A DNA stretch of 64,000 nt from assembly GCA_964633175.1 (NCBI GenBank), contig CAZWFP010000001.1:942-64941 (forward strand). Direction: 5' to 3'. Origin of the DNA: an uncultured Planctomycetaceae bacterium. Its GTDB lineage: Bacteria; Planctomycetota; MHYJ01; CAZWFP01. The position numbers and the translations under genes were made by a program. Under the pieces are notes generated by a model. That model had not been told where the DNA came from. It saw only the letters and a program-made list of their open reading frames with translations, and ran no database searches. Positions 36,345 through 46,437 of the stretch are shown piece after piece (position 1 is the stretch's first letter; every line of letters starts with the position of its first letter).

Positions 36345-38906
36345 ATGGGTTTAAGAGTAAATAACAATATAACGGCTTTAAGGTCGCTGTTGAACTTAAA
36401 TAAGACAGATAGAGAGCAAGCAAGCGCATTAGAGAGATTATCAACGGGTTTAAGAATAATAAGAGCATCAGATGACCCAAGCGGCTTGGTTATAAGTGAA
36501 AGTTTAAGAGCTCAGTTGGTTGCATTAAAAAGAGCGGCAAGTAACACCCAGAATGGTTCAAATTTGTTGGCAATTGCTGATAACGCGTTAGGTAAAATAT
36601 CGGATTTGTTAAGAGGTATGAAAGATTCAGTAACGTTCGCTCTTAACTCAGGAGGTATAACCCCGGATCAGTTACAAGCACAACAGGATAGTATAGATAA
36701 TGCTATTAGTGCTATAGATAGAATATCCAAAACAACCAGATTTGCGGACAGGGAACTTCTTAACGGTAATAGCGGTTTTGCGATTTCCAACCAATCGCAA
36801 CAGATAAATGATTTATTAGTAAAACAGGCGGTATTTGCGCAGGGACAATCAACATTATCTTTAGATTTTGAGCCTATATCATCGGCGCGAAGGGCTCAAT
36901 TTAACGCTACTAGTTTTATTGCCCCAGGCGCATCTACAACGGCAGATATCACAGTAACGGGTCCTAAAGGTAGTGGAGTCGTAAGAGTTACAGGTGGAAA
37001 TGCTGCAGGACCAGCCGCAGATGATATAAGTTCATTTCTAACGAAGGTACAAAGATTGAATTCAAATTTACCTGCTGCTACCAGAGGTCATAGTAGTGGC
37101 TTCACCAATGATTTGGATGCAGGTGATACTGTAACTTTAAACTTTACTTTAACTGGTCCAACCGGTTCTGCACCTATCAGTGTTAATGTGACTGATACTA
37201 CGACGGCAACGAGTTTTCTTGATGACTTAAATACTGCAATAAATGCCGCAACAGGCAGTACAGGTGTACAATCAAGTAGAGCTACTGTAAACGGTCTTCA
37301 AGTCATTGACTTATCTACGACAACGGCTGGGAGCACTAAAAGTATTACTTTTACTACAAATGCACCCACAGTAACTGCTGGTGATATTACAGGTGATACT
37401 TTTGTTACAAATTTTGCTAACTTTGTAAGATATGGTCCTGAGTTAGATACAGCAGGTGCATATACGAATACTGCTATAGATTTCTTGCAGGCATCTCAAA
37501 CGCTAACTGTTAGCGGTTTTGATGCTCTAACAGGTGTTAATGCTTTTAATGATGGGACAAATAATATAATAGCAACAGAAGATGTAGGTGCTAGTGTTGG
37601 TATATTTTTATCCAGAACAAGTGGAACGGCCGGTAGTGGAAGTGTTGATCTAACGAAGATATTACCTGATGGGACAAGCGGTTCTACAGCGACATTTTTG
37701 TTTTCAACATCAGATACTGATGGCGTTGCAGGTTCCAATGGAAGTGGTAATCCGTTGCGCGCCGCTATAGATATAACACAGTCAGGGACATTAGCTACTG
37801 GCGTTACGATTTCTGTGACGGGTCCTCGTGGTTCTGCTGAGGTTGTTCTACCGGCAGGGGCAACTAACTCACAAATCGCAGAAGCAATTAATAGATTTGG
37901 CGGATCTACCGGTGCTTTTGCCATTAAGACGGGTATTAATACGACGGATGGTTCTGACGTATTTAAACTTTTGAGTGAGGACTTTGGCTCAGCCCAATCC
38001 GTTCAGGTGAAGGTTATATCTGGTTCACTTACTTTAAATGGTTCAACGAAAAGTGCAGGAGATACAGTAACGGCAAATGGAACAGATGCTCAAATAAAAC
38101 TTGCGGCGCTACAATTTACAGCTAAAGGTAGAGAATTCTCATTAAATACACCTTTCTTTATTGGGTCTTTCTCAATTAGCCCAGATGTATCAATTAGCCA
38201 TTCAGATGCCGAAACCGCGCTTGCTAGTTTCAACGGGGGTATAACAGGAGCAACGGTTAATGTATCAACTTCATTTACACTACCGAGTAGAGAAGTATTA
38301 CCAATAGCTCCAAATGTAATTCCGGGCGGTTCAACTTCTACCAATCCCTTAAATTTAACATTAGCAAATAGTGGTCTTACATTCCAGATAGGAACAAAAG
38401 CACAATCAACCGATAGTATAACTTTTGGTATTCCTGATGTTGGAGCAGGACAACTTGGGTCAGAGCCAATACAAGACCCCATTTCTTTCTTAATAAATGG
38501 AGCTTCTTCAACAAAGATTATCAGTGATGTAAATAGCACAAATACCGATACTATATTAAATACAGCTCTTAAGGGTGGATTATTGTCATCGCTACAAAGT
38601 GGTAATGCTAATGATTTAGATAGTAATCCAGCGAATGCGGCAAACATCACTGATAGTGCTATAGCAAAGGTTAGCAGGGTAAGAGGATTTTTAGGTGCTA
38701 TAATAGCACAGAACCTTGAACCAGCAAAGGAGAGTTTGGATGTAAGTATCCAAAACGTTGCGGCAACGGAGAGCAGTATAAGGGACTTGAACTTTGCAGA
38801 GGAAACGGCTAACTTTACAAGGACACAAATACTGTTCCAGGCAGGTATAGCTGTACTTGCAAGCGCCAACTTAGTACCACAAAGCGTGTTAGCACTCCTA
38901 AGATAA
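36345..38906 (+). CDS. flagellin (giant, 853 aa)
   Basis: SD AAGGAGG. N-terminal 'ALERLSTGLRIIRASDDPSGLVISESLRAQ' and C-terminal 'RTQILFQAGIAVLASANLVPQSVLALLR' flagellin D0/D1 segments. About 600-aa T/S/G/N-rich central domain. Confidence 0.8.
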   Translation: MGLRVNNNITALRSLLNLNKTDREQASALERLSTGLRIIRASDDPSGLVISESLRAQLVALKRAASNTQNGSNLLAIADNALGKISDLLRGMKDSVTFALNSGGITPDQLQAQQDSIDNAISAIDRISKTTRFADRELLNGNSGFAISNQSQQINDLLVKQAVFAQGQSTLSLDFEPISSARRAQFNATSFIAPGASTTADITVTGPKGSGVVRVTGGNAAGPAADDISSFLTKVQRLNSNLPAATRGHSSGFTNDLDAGDTVTLNFTLTGPTGSAPISVNVTDTTTATSFLDDLNTAINAATGSTGVQSSRATVNGLQVIDLSTTTAGSTKSITFTTNAPTVTAGDITGDTFVTNFANFVRYGPELDTAGAYTNTAIDFLQASQTLTVSGFDALTGVNAFNDGTNNIIATEDVGASVGIFLSRTSGTAGSGSVDLTKILPDGTSGSTATFLFSTSDTDGVAGSNGSGNPLRAAIDITQSGTLATGVTISVTGPRGSAEVVLPAGATNSQIAEAINRFGGSTGAFAIKTGINTTDGSDVFKLLSEDFGSAQSVQVKVISGSLTLNGSTKSAGDTVTANGTDAQIKLAALQFTAKGREFSLNTPFFIGSFSISPDVSISHSDAETALASFNGGITGATVNVSTSFTLPSREVLPIAPNVIPGGSTSTNPLNLTLANSGLTFQIGTKAQSTDSITFGIPDVGAGQLGSEPIQDPISFLINGASSTKIISDVNSTNTDTILNTALKGGLLSSLQSGNANDLDSNPANAANITDSAIAKVSRVRGFLGAIIAQNLEPAKESLDVSIQNVAATESSIRDLNFAEETANFTRTQILFQAGIAVLASANLVPQSVLALLR

Positions 38907-38931
38907 TTACAGAAAGAGTAGATGAATCGAG

Positions 38932-39354
38932 ATGGCTACAATAAATGCGGTAGGGGGACCAAAAAATAATCTCCCTACCTTAAATGCTAATGCTAACCTG
39001 CTGATTAAACAGTCGCAAAAAGTAGATTTACCACAGCCTAAATCGAAAGCACCAAAGGTAGAAGGAGATCTTCAGAAATTTACTGAAAAATTAAAACAAT
39101 CCTTCAAAGAATTGGAAAATATGCCAAGTTTCCCACGAAATCTATTAGTGAAATTAGATGTGGGATTGGAATTTGGGATTTTTGTATTACCTGAGCAGTT
39201 ATTTAGTAAATTAACGGATAGTGATACAAGACAAACACTTAAAATTCAACCGCCGGAATTTTTGTTGCAACATAGGGTAGTGGTAGATCGTTTAATAGCT
39301 GAGCCCGCATTTCAAAGGGTTATTACGGGGCTTTTAGTCAACGAGAGCGCATAA
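38932..39354 (+). CDS. hypothetical protein downstream of flagellin
   Basis: ORF in the position often occupied by flaG-like genes. No convincing motif. Confidence 0.3.
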   Translation: MATINAVGGPKNNLPTLNANANLLIKQSQKVDLPQPKSKAPKVEGDLQKFTEKLKQSFKELENMPSFPRNLLVKLDVGLEFGIFVLPEQLFSKLTDSDTRQTLKIQPPEFLLQHRVVVDRLIAEPAFQRVITGLLVNESA

Positions 39355-39390
39355 CTTAGTAATTATCATAGCGAGGGGAAGGAGGAGAAA

Positions 39391-39477
39391 ATGGCAAGAA
39401 TTGGATCGTTCGGTTCAGAGAGTATAATGAAAATAACTAATTATAATATTAGTAAAATCGCGCGTAAGCCAAAATAA
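39391..39477 (+). CDS. candidate 28-aa small ORF (MARIGSFGSESIMKITNYNISKIARKPK)
   Basis: GGAAGGAGGAG SD 7 nt upstream of the ATG. Otherwise unsupported. Confidence 0.25.
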   Translation: MARIGSFGSESIMKITNYNISKIARKPK

Positions 39478-39628
39478 TGCGAGTAACGAAAATGTGACGC
39501 TAATAAAGTCAAGCGGACATAGGAAGCCCGTTCACAAAGTAAATTTATTTGCGTAAGATTTTTTGTAAATGTTGAGATTTAAGTAAAAAGAGAGAATTTT
39601 TATCTTCTAATCTTATAATTTTATCCGT

Positions 39629-41152
39629 TTGATGAAGGGTAAGGTATATATAATAGGTGTAGGTCCTGGTGCAATTGATCTTTTGACTATAAGGGCTATA
39701 CACGCTATAAGAAAATCGGACGTTGTGTTGTATGATGCTTTAATTAATCAACAGATAATTGATATTTACTGTAGAGATAAGATAAGGATATTTGTGGGTA
39801 AAAGATTAGGTGAGGATGATGCGACGTTGAAACAGGATAAGATTTACCAGATGATGATTGGTTTTACGAGGTCAGGTAAGACAGTCGCGCGACTGAAAAA
39901 TGGTGACCCACTTATTTTTGGAAGGGGGGCAGAAGAGGCGGAGATTCTGAAGGAGTTTAATATCCCTTATGAATATATACCTGGTATTACAGCGGTTTCA
40001 GGTGCCGCAAGTTATGCTTCCATTCCTCTTACACATCGTAAATTATCTTCATCTGTTATTATGGCAACGGGGAATTTTGCAGATGGTAAAAATAATGTTG
40101 ATAACGAAAGATTTTTTAAGCAAATAGCGCAATTTGAGGGGACCATTGCTATTTATATGGGAAGCAGTAATATTAAGGAAATTGCTTCCAATTTAATAGA
40201 GTGTGGCAAATCAGATTCAACACCTATTGCCATAATATCCAATGCTACAACGCCTTTACAGGAAGTTCAGCTATATACTTTAAAAGAGGTTACCTATAAA
40301 GATATAGAGATAAAAAGACCCGCAATTTTAATTATAGGTAATGTTGTATCACTGCGGCAATCGTTGGACTGGTTAAAAACACGGCCATTACTTAATAAAT
40401 TATTTATTATAACAAGACCTGTGGATAACTCCTTGCATTTAAATTCTTTATTGATCGAAGAAGGTGCGACGACATTTTTATTCCCTTTTATACAATATAA
40501 AAATCTACCTGTTTCAAAAGCAATACTCAAAAATATATCAAAATTTACGTGGATTGTGTTTAAAAGTCAATATGCGGTTAAAACGTTCTTTGATGTATTA
40601 TTTGCTAATAAAATGGATATAAGAAGTTTAAAAGATGTCAGAATATCTGCCATAGGCAGGGTAACGGCAAGAAAGTTAGAGCAATATGGTTTTATTCCTG
40701 ATTTAGTGCCTGATTACTTTAGTACGGCGGTTCTAACGAAAAAAATATTGAGTAAATTAAATTGTAATGATAATGTTTTGATATGCACTGCTGATATAAG
40801 AAATGAAATGTTGGAAATGGAGTTAGATAAGAATAAGATAAAGTATAAACTTTTACCATTGTATTCAATAGAGCCAATTCCTGAAAGCATAGCGTTTCAA
40901 AAATGGCAGGAGTTAAATAACTTGCTAAAAGATATAAACGATGTAAATATAATATTTGCAAGTTCACAGACGGTGAGGAATTTTATTGTCTCCAAGGATA
41001 AGTTTGCAAGGGATTTAGATATAAAAAAGTGGAAATTTTATTCTATAGGGAGGGAAACGACATCAACATTAAAAAAGTGTGGGATATCTAATGTTCTTGA
41101 AGCAAAGCTTCCAACAGAAGACTTTCTCATCGAAAGGATACTGTATTCTTAA
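39629..41152 (+). CDS. uroporphyrinogen-III C-methyltransferase / uroporphyrinogen-III synthase fusion
   Basis: N-terminal 'VYIIGVGPGAIDLLTIRAIHAIRKSDVVLYDALIN' SUMT motif. The C-terminal ~250 aa are taken as HemD-like from the fusion architecture and length. The ATG at 39632 is the likely start. Confidence 0.75.
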   Translation: MMKGKVYIIGVGPGAIDLLTIRAIHAIRKSDVVLYDALINQQIIDIYCRDKIRIFVGKRLGEDDATLKQDKIYQMMIGFTRSGKTVARLKNGDPLIFGRGAEEAEILKEFNIPYEYIPGITAVSGAASYASIPLTHRKLSSSVIMATGNFADGKNNVDNERFFKQIAQFEGTIAIYMGSSNIKEIASNLIECGKSDSTPIAIISNATTPLQEVQLYTLKEVTYKDIEIKRPAILIIGNVVSLRQSLDWLKTRPLLNKLFIITRPVDNSLHLNSLLIEEGATTFLFPFIQYKNLPVSKAILKNISKFTWIVFKSQYAVKTFFDVLFANKMDIRSLKDVRISAIGRVTARKLEQYGFIPDLVPDYFSTAVLTKKILSKLNCNDNVLICTADIRNEMLEMELDKNKIKYKLLPLYSIEPIPESIAFQKWQELNNLLKDINDVNIIFASSQTVRNFIVSKDKFARDLDIKKWKFYSIGRETTSTLKKCGISNVLEAKLPTEDFLIERILYS

Positions 41153-41232
41153 ATAAGATGTATATACTCAAAAGAAATGGGGTTTTCACTAAAAATCTTA
41201 ATAGTTTCTTCTTCTTTTGTTAGTATTGATTT

Positions 41233-42927
41233 TTAAATAGTTGAGGAAAGCAATTCTTCGGCGAATCTCATTATTTTATTGGATTTTGGATAATTAGAGG
41301 TTACAAATTTTAATATTTCTTTTGCAAAAATTCTTTCGTGGGGTAACCCTTTTAGGAAATGAGATGCTATATATAAGTAATGTCCTGCTTGTAAAAATTT
41401 TTTCTGCGCTTTTATTTTTTCCAATATGTTGAATCGAGGTATTTTTGATAATTCTGAGATTATATCTATGGATATAGTATATAGTTTTTCATCTAAAAGT
41501 TTCTGAGGGGGGTATGTCATAAGTTTGAACATTGCAAACTCGAATCTGGTATCGGAAGTTGCAAGAATAGGGGTATTTAATATTTGAAATATAAGGTCGC
41601 CCATTGGAAAATTTTTATTATTTTTGCAAGTTGTTGCTTCCTGTAAAAGTTTTCCTCGCACGATTTCTGGTGTTATGGAGCCCGCAAGTTCAAATAATCC
41701 TTTTGCAATAGAAAAATATAGTTCACTGTTCATTTGATTTTTAATGCTTAAGTGTAACATTTTTATTCCATTATCTACAAATTCTTTTAATCTTTCATTT
41801 GGCCAAATTATTTTATACGATTTTAATACGTCAACTAAATGAGGAACAATAGTAGAATTTTTACATTTGTATAACTCTTTAATGATGAGGTTAGATAAGG
41901 ATGGATTTTTCTTCATTGCAGCTATTATTTCTAATTGGATTTCCTTTGATTCCTTATATAGATTTTTTATTAAAAATTCTATGCTAGAGTGAGTTCCAAT
42001 ATTGTTCATATAGTTTACTACCCACTTTTTTACTTCAAAGATTGCAGTATTCTCGTATAGGTCTAGGACGAGTTGGTAGATTTTTGCAGGTAGATTGATT
42101 TTATTTAGTTCCGTGTAAATTGTAGATATATTCTCTAATTGCGTTGTTTTAGTTAGTTGAAATATGATTTTAAATATGGTTAAAAAATCTGATATGTTTT
42201 TATCTACTAATTTTTCATTTTGGTATAGTTTTATTGCGGCAAAAGTTAGTTGTGTAGAAATTTGAGGTATGTTTAAAGAAAACAGTTCATTGATTAGTTT
42301 TATGGAAGAAGATGTTTCAATATTCTTAAGTATTTTTACTATATTTAATATAGTGGGCGTGTATTGTTCTATTTTATCTTTGGTTTTGTATATGTCTTTT
42401 ATAAAAGATTTTACTTTTTCGGTTAAGTTCTCGATAAATTCAGAATCAAGACTGTTGAATTTCTCAATAATAATTTTGGTCGCCGCATTGCTTATTTGAT
42501 GGTTGGAATCTAATAAACTTTTTAATATCAGGTCATGTGATTTTTTAGATTTTGTCAAAAATAATATGTCTAGGTAATGTAGTTTCTTTTCTAATGGTGT
42601 TTCGTTCCATATTGATGCTATATGATCAGATGCTAAACTTCCGTAGTGTGCATAATAATTCTTTAAAGCATTAACTGTGTATTCATTTTCAAAACCTATC
42701 ATCTGGTCTATTAATTTTAGTGTTTGCATATCTTTAAATTTTGATAATGCTTCTATGGAAAGTAACTGAGTATCCTTATCTTTGTCATTCAGTAGTTTTT
42801 TTAAAGTTTCGATAACCTCTTTATCTGGTATACCTATTTCTCCTAAAATCTTAATTGCAGCGGTTCTTATTTCATTGTCTTTACTGTGGACTAATTGCAA
42901 AATATTTTTTATAATATTTTCACTCAT
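41233..42927 (-). CDS. HEAT-repeat protein, hypothetical
   Basis: Repeated 'IRxAAIKILGEIG…ETLKKLLNDKD' HEAT/PBS-lyase-like units. Confidence 0.5.
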   Translation of the reverse strand: MSENIIKNILQLVHSKDNEIRTAAIKILGEIGIPDKEVIETLKKLLNDKDKDTQLLSIEALSKFKDMQTLKLIDQMIGFENEYTVNALKNYYAHYGSLASDHIASIWNETPLEKKLHYLDILFLTKSKKSHDLILKSLLDSNHQISNAATKIIIEKFNSLDSEFIENLTEKVKSFIKDIYKTKDKIEQYTPTILNIVKILKNIETSSSIKLINELFSLNIPQISTQLTFAAIKLYQNEKLVDKNISDFLTIFKIIFQLTKTTQLENISTIYTELNKINLPAKIYQLVLDLYENTAIFEVKKWVVNYMNNIGTHSSIEFLIKNLYKESKEIQLEIIAAMKKNPSLSNLIIKELYKCKNSTIVPHLVDVLKSYKIIWPNERLKEFVDNGIKMLHLSIKNQMNSELYFSIAKGLFELAGSITPEIVRGKLLQEATTCKNNKNFPMGDLIFQILNTPILATSDTRFEFAMFKLMTYPPQKLLDEKLYTISIDIISELSKIPRFNILEKIKAQKKFLQAGHYLYIASHFLKGLPHERIFAKEILKFVTSNYPKSNKIMRFAEELLSSTI

Positions 42928-43007
42928 ATTTTATTTCCTTTCTTCTTTTATAATAAATTACTTTCACAAAATTATTTCTTATATATTTTTATTGATAACA
43001 TCTTTGC

Positions 43008-43649
43008 TTAAGAACCTTCGATCTTTAATATTTTGTATATTATCTTCATCACCTGTTTTTTGATTAGGAGAAATAACAAGGCGAGTATTATAATTACGAA
43101 AATTAATTTCGTTTTAAAATTTAATAACCAACTGACGAACCAGTATATATGATCACCAAAGAGTATTCCCAAATAAATAAAGAGGGGAACGCTTATGAGG
43201 GCTGCTAAGAAATCGAATAGTAGAAATGTATGATAAGGGAACTTTGATATTCCGCAAGTAAGGAATATAGGGGATCTAAGTCCAGCGCTGAAGCGGCCAA
43301 AAAATACTATTGCCTTGCCCCATCTATTGAATACGACCTCAAGTTTTTCAATTAAACTTGATTTTATTACTCGGTTAAATGGCTTTCTTGTAAGGATTTC
43401 TCTTCCGCCAAGATACCCCAACGAAAAAACCATGGTATCACTTACTATAATGCCAAGAAATGATGCTAAAATGGCACCGAAAAAACTGCCAAACCCCAGA
43501 TCCACAAGGAACCCACTTATAATTAAAATAATATCTTCAGGCCAAGGCGCCCCTAAACCTGTTAGAAATAAAGATAGAAATATTGCTAAATAAAAATGAT
43601 CTAACGGAATCCATGATATTATTTCAACGATTAACTGCTTGTCTTCCAA
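43008..43649 (-). CDS. DedA-family membrane protein
   Basis: 'FFGRFSAGLRSPIFLTCGISKFPY' DedA signature. Confidence 0.6.
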   Translation of the reverse strand: MEDKQLIVEIISWIPLDHFYLAIFLSLFLTGLGAPWPEDIILIISGFLVDLGFGSFFGAILASFLGIIVSDTMVFSLGYLGGREILTRKPFNRVIKSSLIEKLEVVFNRWGKAIVFFGRFSAGLRSPIFLTCGISKFPYHTFLLFDFLAALISVPLFIYLGILFGDHIYWFVSWLLNFKTKLIFVIIILALLFLLIKKQVMKIIYKILKIEGS

Positions 43650-43673
43650 AGAGTAAGGATTTTAAAAAAAATA

Positions 43674-46187
43674 TTATTTTTTTACCTTTTTTTCTATACC
43701 TTCAATTTTTTCTTTCAATAACTTATTTTCAAATTTTATCTTTTCTACTTCCTTTTTAAGCGCCTCTATATCATTCTTCTTATCTGTGCTTTTTACCTGT
43801 TCTAATGCCATTTTTGCAACTATTTTGTTAGTTGAATATAATTCATTTTCAATAGCGCTGCTTAGAATAGGTATTGATTTGGTACCGAATTTGGATAATG
43901 CTCTTATTATAGCCCTTCTTACTAATATGTCCGTTTCGTTGGCTAGGATTTTTTTTAAATAAAATAATGCTTTATCGCTAAGATAGTTATCAAAAATGCT
44001 AAACTCAGATAATCCTTCTATTATACCATTCTTTATATATCTATGATTGGTTTTTTTGTATCCATTAACAAAATCCGCTATTAATTTTTCCTCTCTAAAT
44101 TTACCTAGCGCTCTGTATGCAATTGATGCTATAATATTGTGCATTGAAGGGAAATTCAGGTATTTTTTTATAGTTTTTATGGCATCATTTTTTTCACTCT
44201 CACTTAATTCCAAGTTTGCAATACCAAGCAGGGCTTCCCCTATGATATATGGATTTTTCTCATAACTTAGAATATGTTTGAAGAAATTATAATTTTCAGT
44301 TGATTTGAATGTTGATAATGTTTTTACTATTCTGTATTTTACTCTGGAGTTAGTAATTTTATCATATATTGATTTGAGTTTCTCTTCTACAAATTTTGTT
44401 GGGAAATTTTCTAAACTTTGTGCTAATAAAATCTGAGTTCCAAAAAATACCGTCTTATCAACTATATTCTTTAGAATTTTTTCTATTAATTCTTCAGTGT
44501 AACTAATGTTTTGGATGTTGTTTAGATACAAATAATAGTTATAGTAATTTTTTGAATACTGTAATAAGTTGTTTAGTTCCTTTATTGTGTAATTTATTTT
44601 TAACGTTTTTAAGGATGTAAAGTCAGGGTCAACTTCAAAAAATGCTGGTTCTTCTTCAAGTTTAAAATAGAAATTGTCCTGCTTCGCATTTATTTTTAGT
44701 AAATCATCTTTTAACAATTTTAACTTATTGTTTTTTACAGAATAGAATTTTATGGGTATGCATAGTTTATATATTGGTGCTATATTTATATCCTGTTGTT
44801 GCTCGATTTTTATACAAAAAACCTTTTCTTTCTGGTTCCAAGTGCTTTTTAATTCCAATTGTGGATGTCCTGCTTTGAAAACCCATATATCAAAAAATTC
44901 ATTCAAGTCCTTACCTGCTACGTCTTCAAATGCTTTAATGAGGTCAACCGTCTCAACACATTTATGTTGATTTTTATTTATATAGTGGGTTAAAGCATTA
45001 AAAAAGACCTTCTCACCTACGTAATTTCTTAAAGTATGTAGAACGAGTGCGCCTTTGGGATACGTATGTTTGTCAAACATTAATGACGGGTCTACAAAAT
45101 CCGGTGGTGCTATGGGTCTTTGAAACGTTTTTGATTCTTCTAAATATGATTCTAAATCACCTATCAACTGGTATTGAAATTCGTCTTTACCAGATTGATT
45201 TTCAGTGTAAAGCGCATCCCAGTAAGTAGCGAACGATTCATTTAACCAGATATGTTTCCATGTTTTACAGGTTAGTGTATCTCCCCACCATTGATGGGCG
45301 AATTCGTGCGCTAAAAGCCTTTTGGCGTTTTCTTGCAGAAATTCTTTAGTGGTTTCATCAAAAAGAAAGAACTCAGTTAGAAACGTTGCTGTGGTATTTT
45401 CCATCCCTCCATACATAAAACTCGATATGACCACTTGGGAATATGAGTCGTGGGGATACTTAAATTTAATTTTGTCGTTGAAAAATCTTAGTATTTTGGG
45501 TGTTTCTTTAAATGACTGTTCTGCTAATTTTTTTAATGAAGGAGGATAATAGTAATTTAGCGTTACTCCATCGACTTTCTCTGAATGTTTCTCAAACTTT
45601 CCACATGCTATTGCAATTAAATAAGAGGTAACAGGCCAGTCCATTTTATAGTTAAATCTTGTTATGTTTTTGTATTCTTTTACTTCATTTAACCTGCCAT
45701 TTGCTATTGCCGTGTAATCTTTGGGAACTTCAACTGATATATCAACAGTGAATTTTTGATTTGGGTAGTCAATAGAAAGTAACCAGTACTTATTATCTTG
45801 CGCTTCTCCTTGTGTCCACGTTTCTAAATAGTCCTCGTTTTGTATAAAATAGAATCCAAGTTTCGGACTTACTTTATAACTTGCGGTAAGTTCGAATTCA
45901 TCACTTGTTTTCTCATCTAATTTTATGAGTAATTTATTACCGTCATAATCAAATTTAGTATTTTTATTATTGATTTTTATATATTCAAAATCAAAGTTTA
46001 CTGCATCAAAGGTTATTGTATCTTGTCCCTGTGGAAACTTCTGACAAGTATATGCGCAGATTACTTTTAATGATTTGTTAGTTAAATTGACACTAACATT
46101 TAATTTTAAGTGTTTTATTTGGACAAAATTTTCTGGCGGAGTAAGATTATTTATGCCTAATTCCAACCACTGTTTATATGTTAACAT
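43674..46187 (-). CDS. pepN: M1-family aminopeptidase N with C-terminal HEAT repeats
   Basis: 'LAHEFAHQWWGD…WLNESFATY' HEXXH-18-E zinc site. 837 aa. Confidence 0.8.
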   Translation of the reverse strand: MLTYKQWLELGINNLTPPENFVQIKHLKLNVSVNLTNKSLKVICAYTCQKFPQGQDTITFDAVNFDFEYIKINNKNTKFDYDGNKLLIKLDEKTSDEFELTASYKVSPKLGFYFIQNEDYLETWTQGEAQDNKYWLLSIDYPNQKFTVDISVEVPKDYTAIANGRLNEVKEYKNITRFNYKMDWPVTSYLIAIACGKFEKHSEKVDGVTLNYYYPPSLKKLAEQSFKETPKILRFFNDKIKFKYPHDSYSQVVISSFMYGGMENTTATFLTEFFLFDETTKEFLQENAKRLLAHEFAHQWWGDTLTCKTWKHIWLNESFATYWDALYTENQSGKDEFQYQLIGDLESYLEESKTFQRPIAPPDFVDPSLMFDKHTYPKGALVLHTLRNYVGEKVFFNALTHYINKNQHKCVETVDLIKAFEDVAGKDLNEFFDIWVFKAGHPQLELKSTWNQKEKVFCIKIEQQQDINIAPIYKLCIPIKFYSVKNNKLKLLKDDLLKINAKQDNFYFKLEEEPAFFEVDPDFTSLKTLKINYTIKELNNLLQYSKNYYNYYLYLNNIQNISYTEELIEKILKNIVDKTVFFGTQILLAQSLENFPTKFVEEKLKSIYDKITNSRVKYRIVKTLSTFKSTENYNFFKHILSYEKNPYIIGEALLGIANLELSESEKNDAIKTIKKYLNFPSMHNIIASIAYRALGKFREEKLIADFVNGYKKTNHRYIKNGIIEGLSEFSIFDNYLSDKALFYLKKILANETDILVRRAIIRALSKFGTKSIPILSSAIENELYSTNKIVAKMALEQVKSTDKKNDIEALKKEVEKIKFENKLLKEKIEGIEKKVKK

Positions 46188-46353
46188 ATTTTCTCCTCCT
46201 AATTGCTACGATTTAATTATGAAATTTGGGATTATAAAATTAAATTTAGGTAAAAGAAGGCAGTGCTGATTTGTGAGGTTGATTTTTTACCTCTAAACTT
46301 TTTAACTCTTTAACTTCTTATAATATAGTTTCCTGGATGCAATGGGATGAGAT

Positions 46354-46425
46354 GGCGACGTAGCTCAATGGATAGAGCGGAGGTTTCATAAGCCTTAGAT
46401 GAGAGTTCGATTCTCTCCGTCGCTA
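46354..46425 (+). tRNA. tRNA with CAT anticodon (elongator Met or Ile2/lysidine; not initiator-like)
   Basis: Acceptor GGCGACG/CGTCGCT, D-arm GCTC-AATGGATA-GAGC, anticodon loop TTCATAA, T-arm GAGAG-TTCGATT-CTCTC. No 3×GC anticodon stem. CCA not encoded. Confidence 0.8.
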
Positions 46426-46437
46426 TACTTTTTGCAT

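Noticed and set aside
37496-38869. Long antisense ORFs (142 and 259 aa) inside the flagellin gene
   Set aside because: They lie on the strand opposite a confidently identified flagellin. The locally GC-rich, Ala/Gly/Thr codon composition yields stop-free antisense frames. No start context or motifs.
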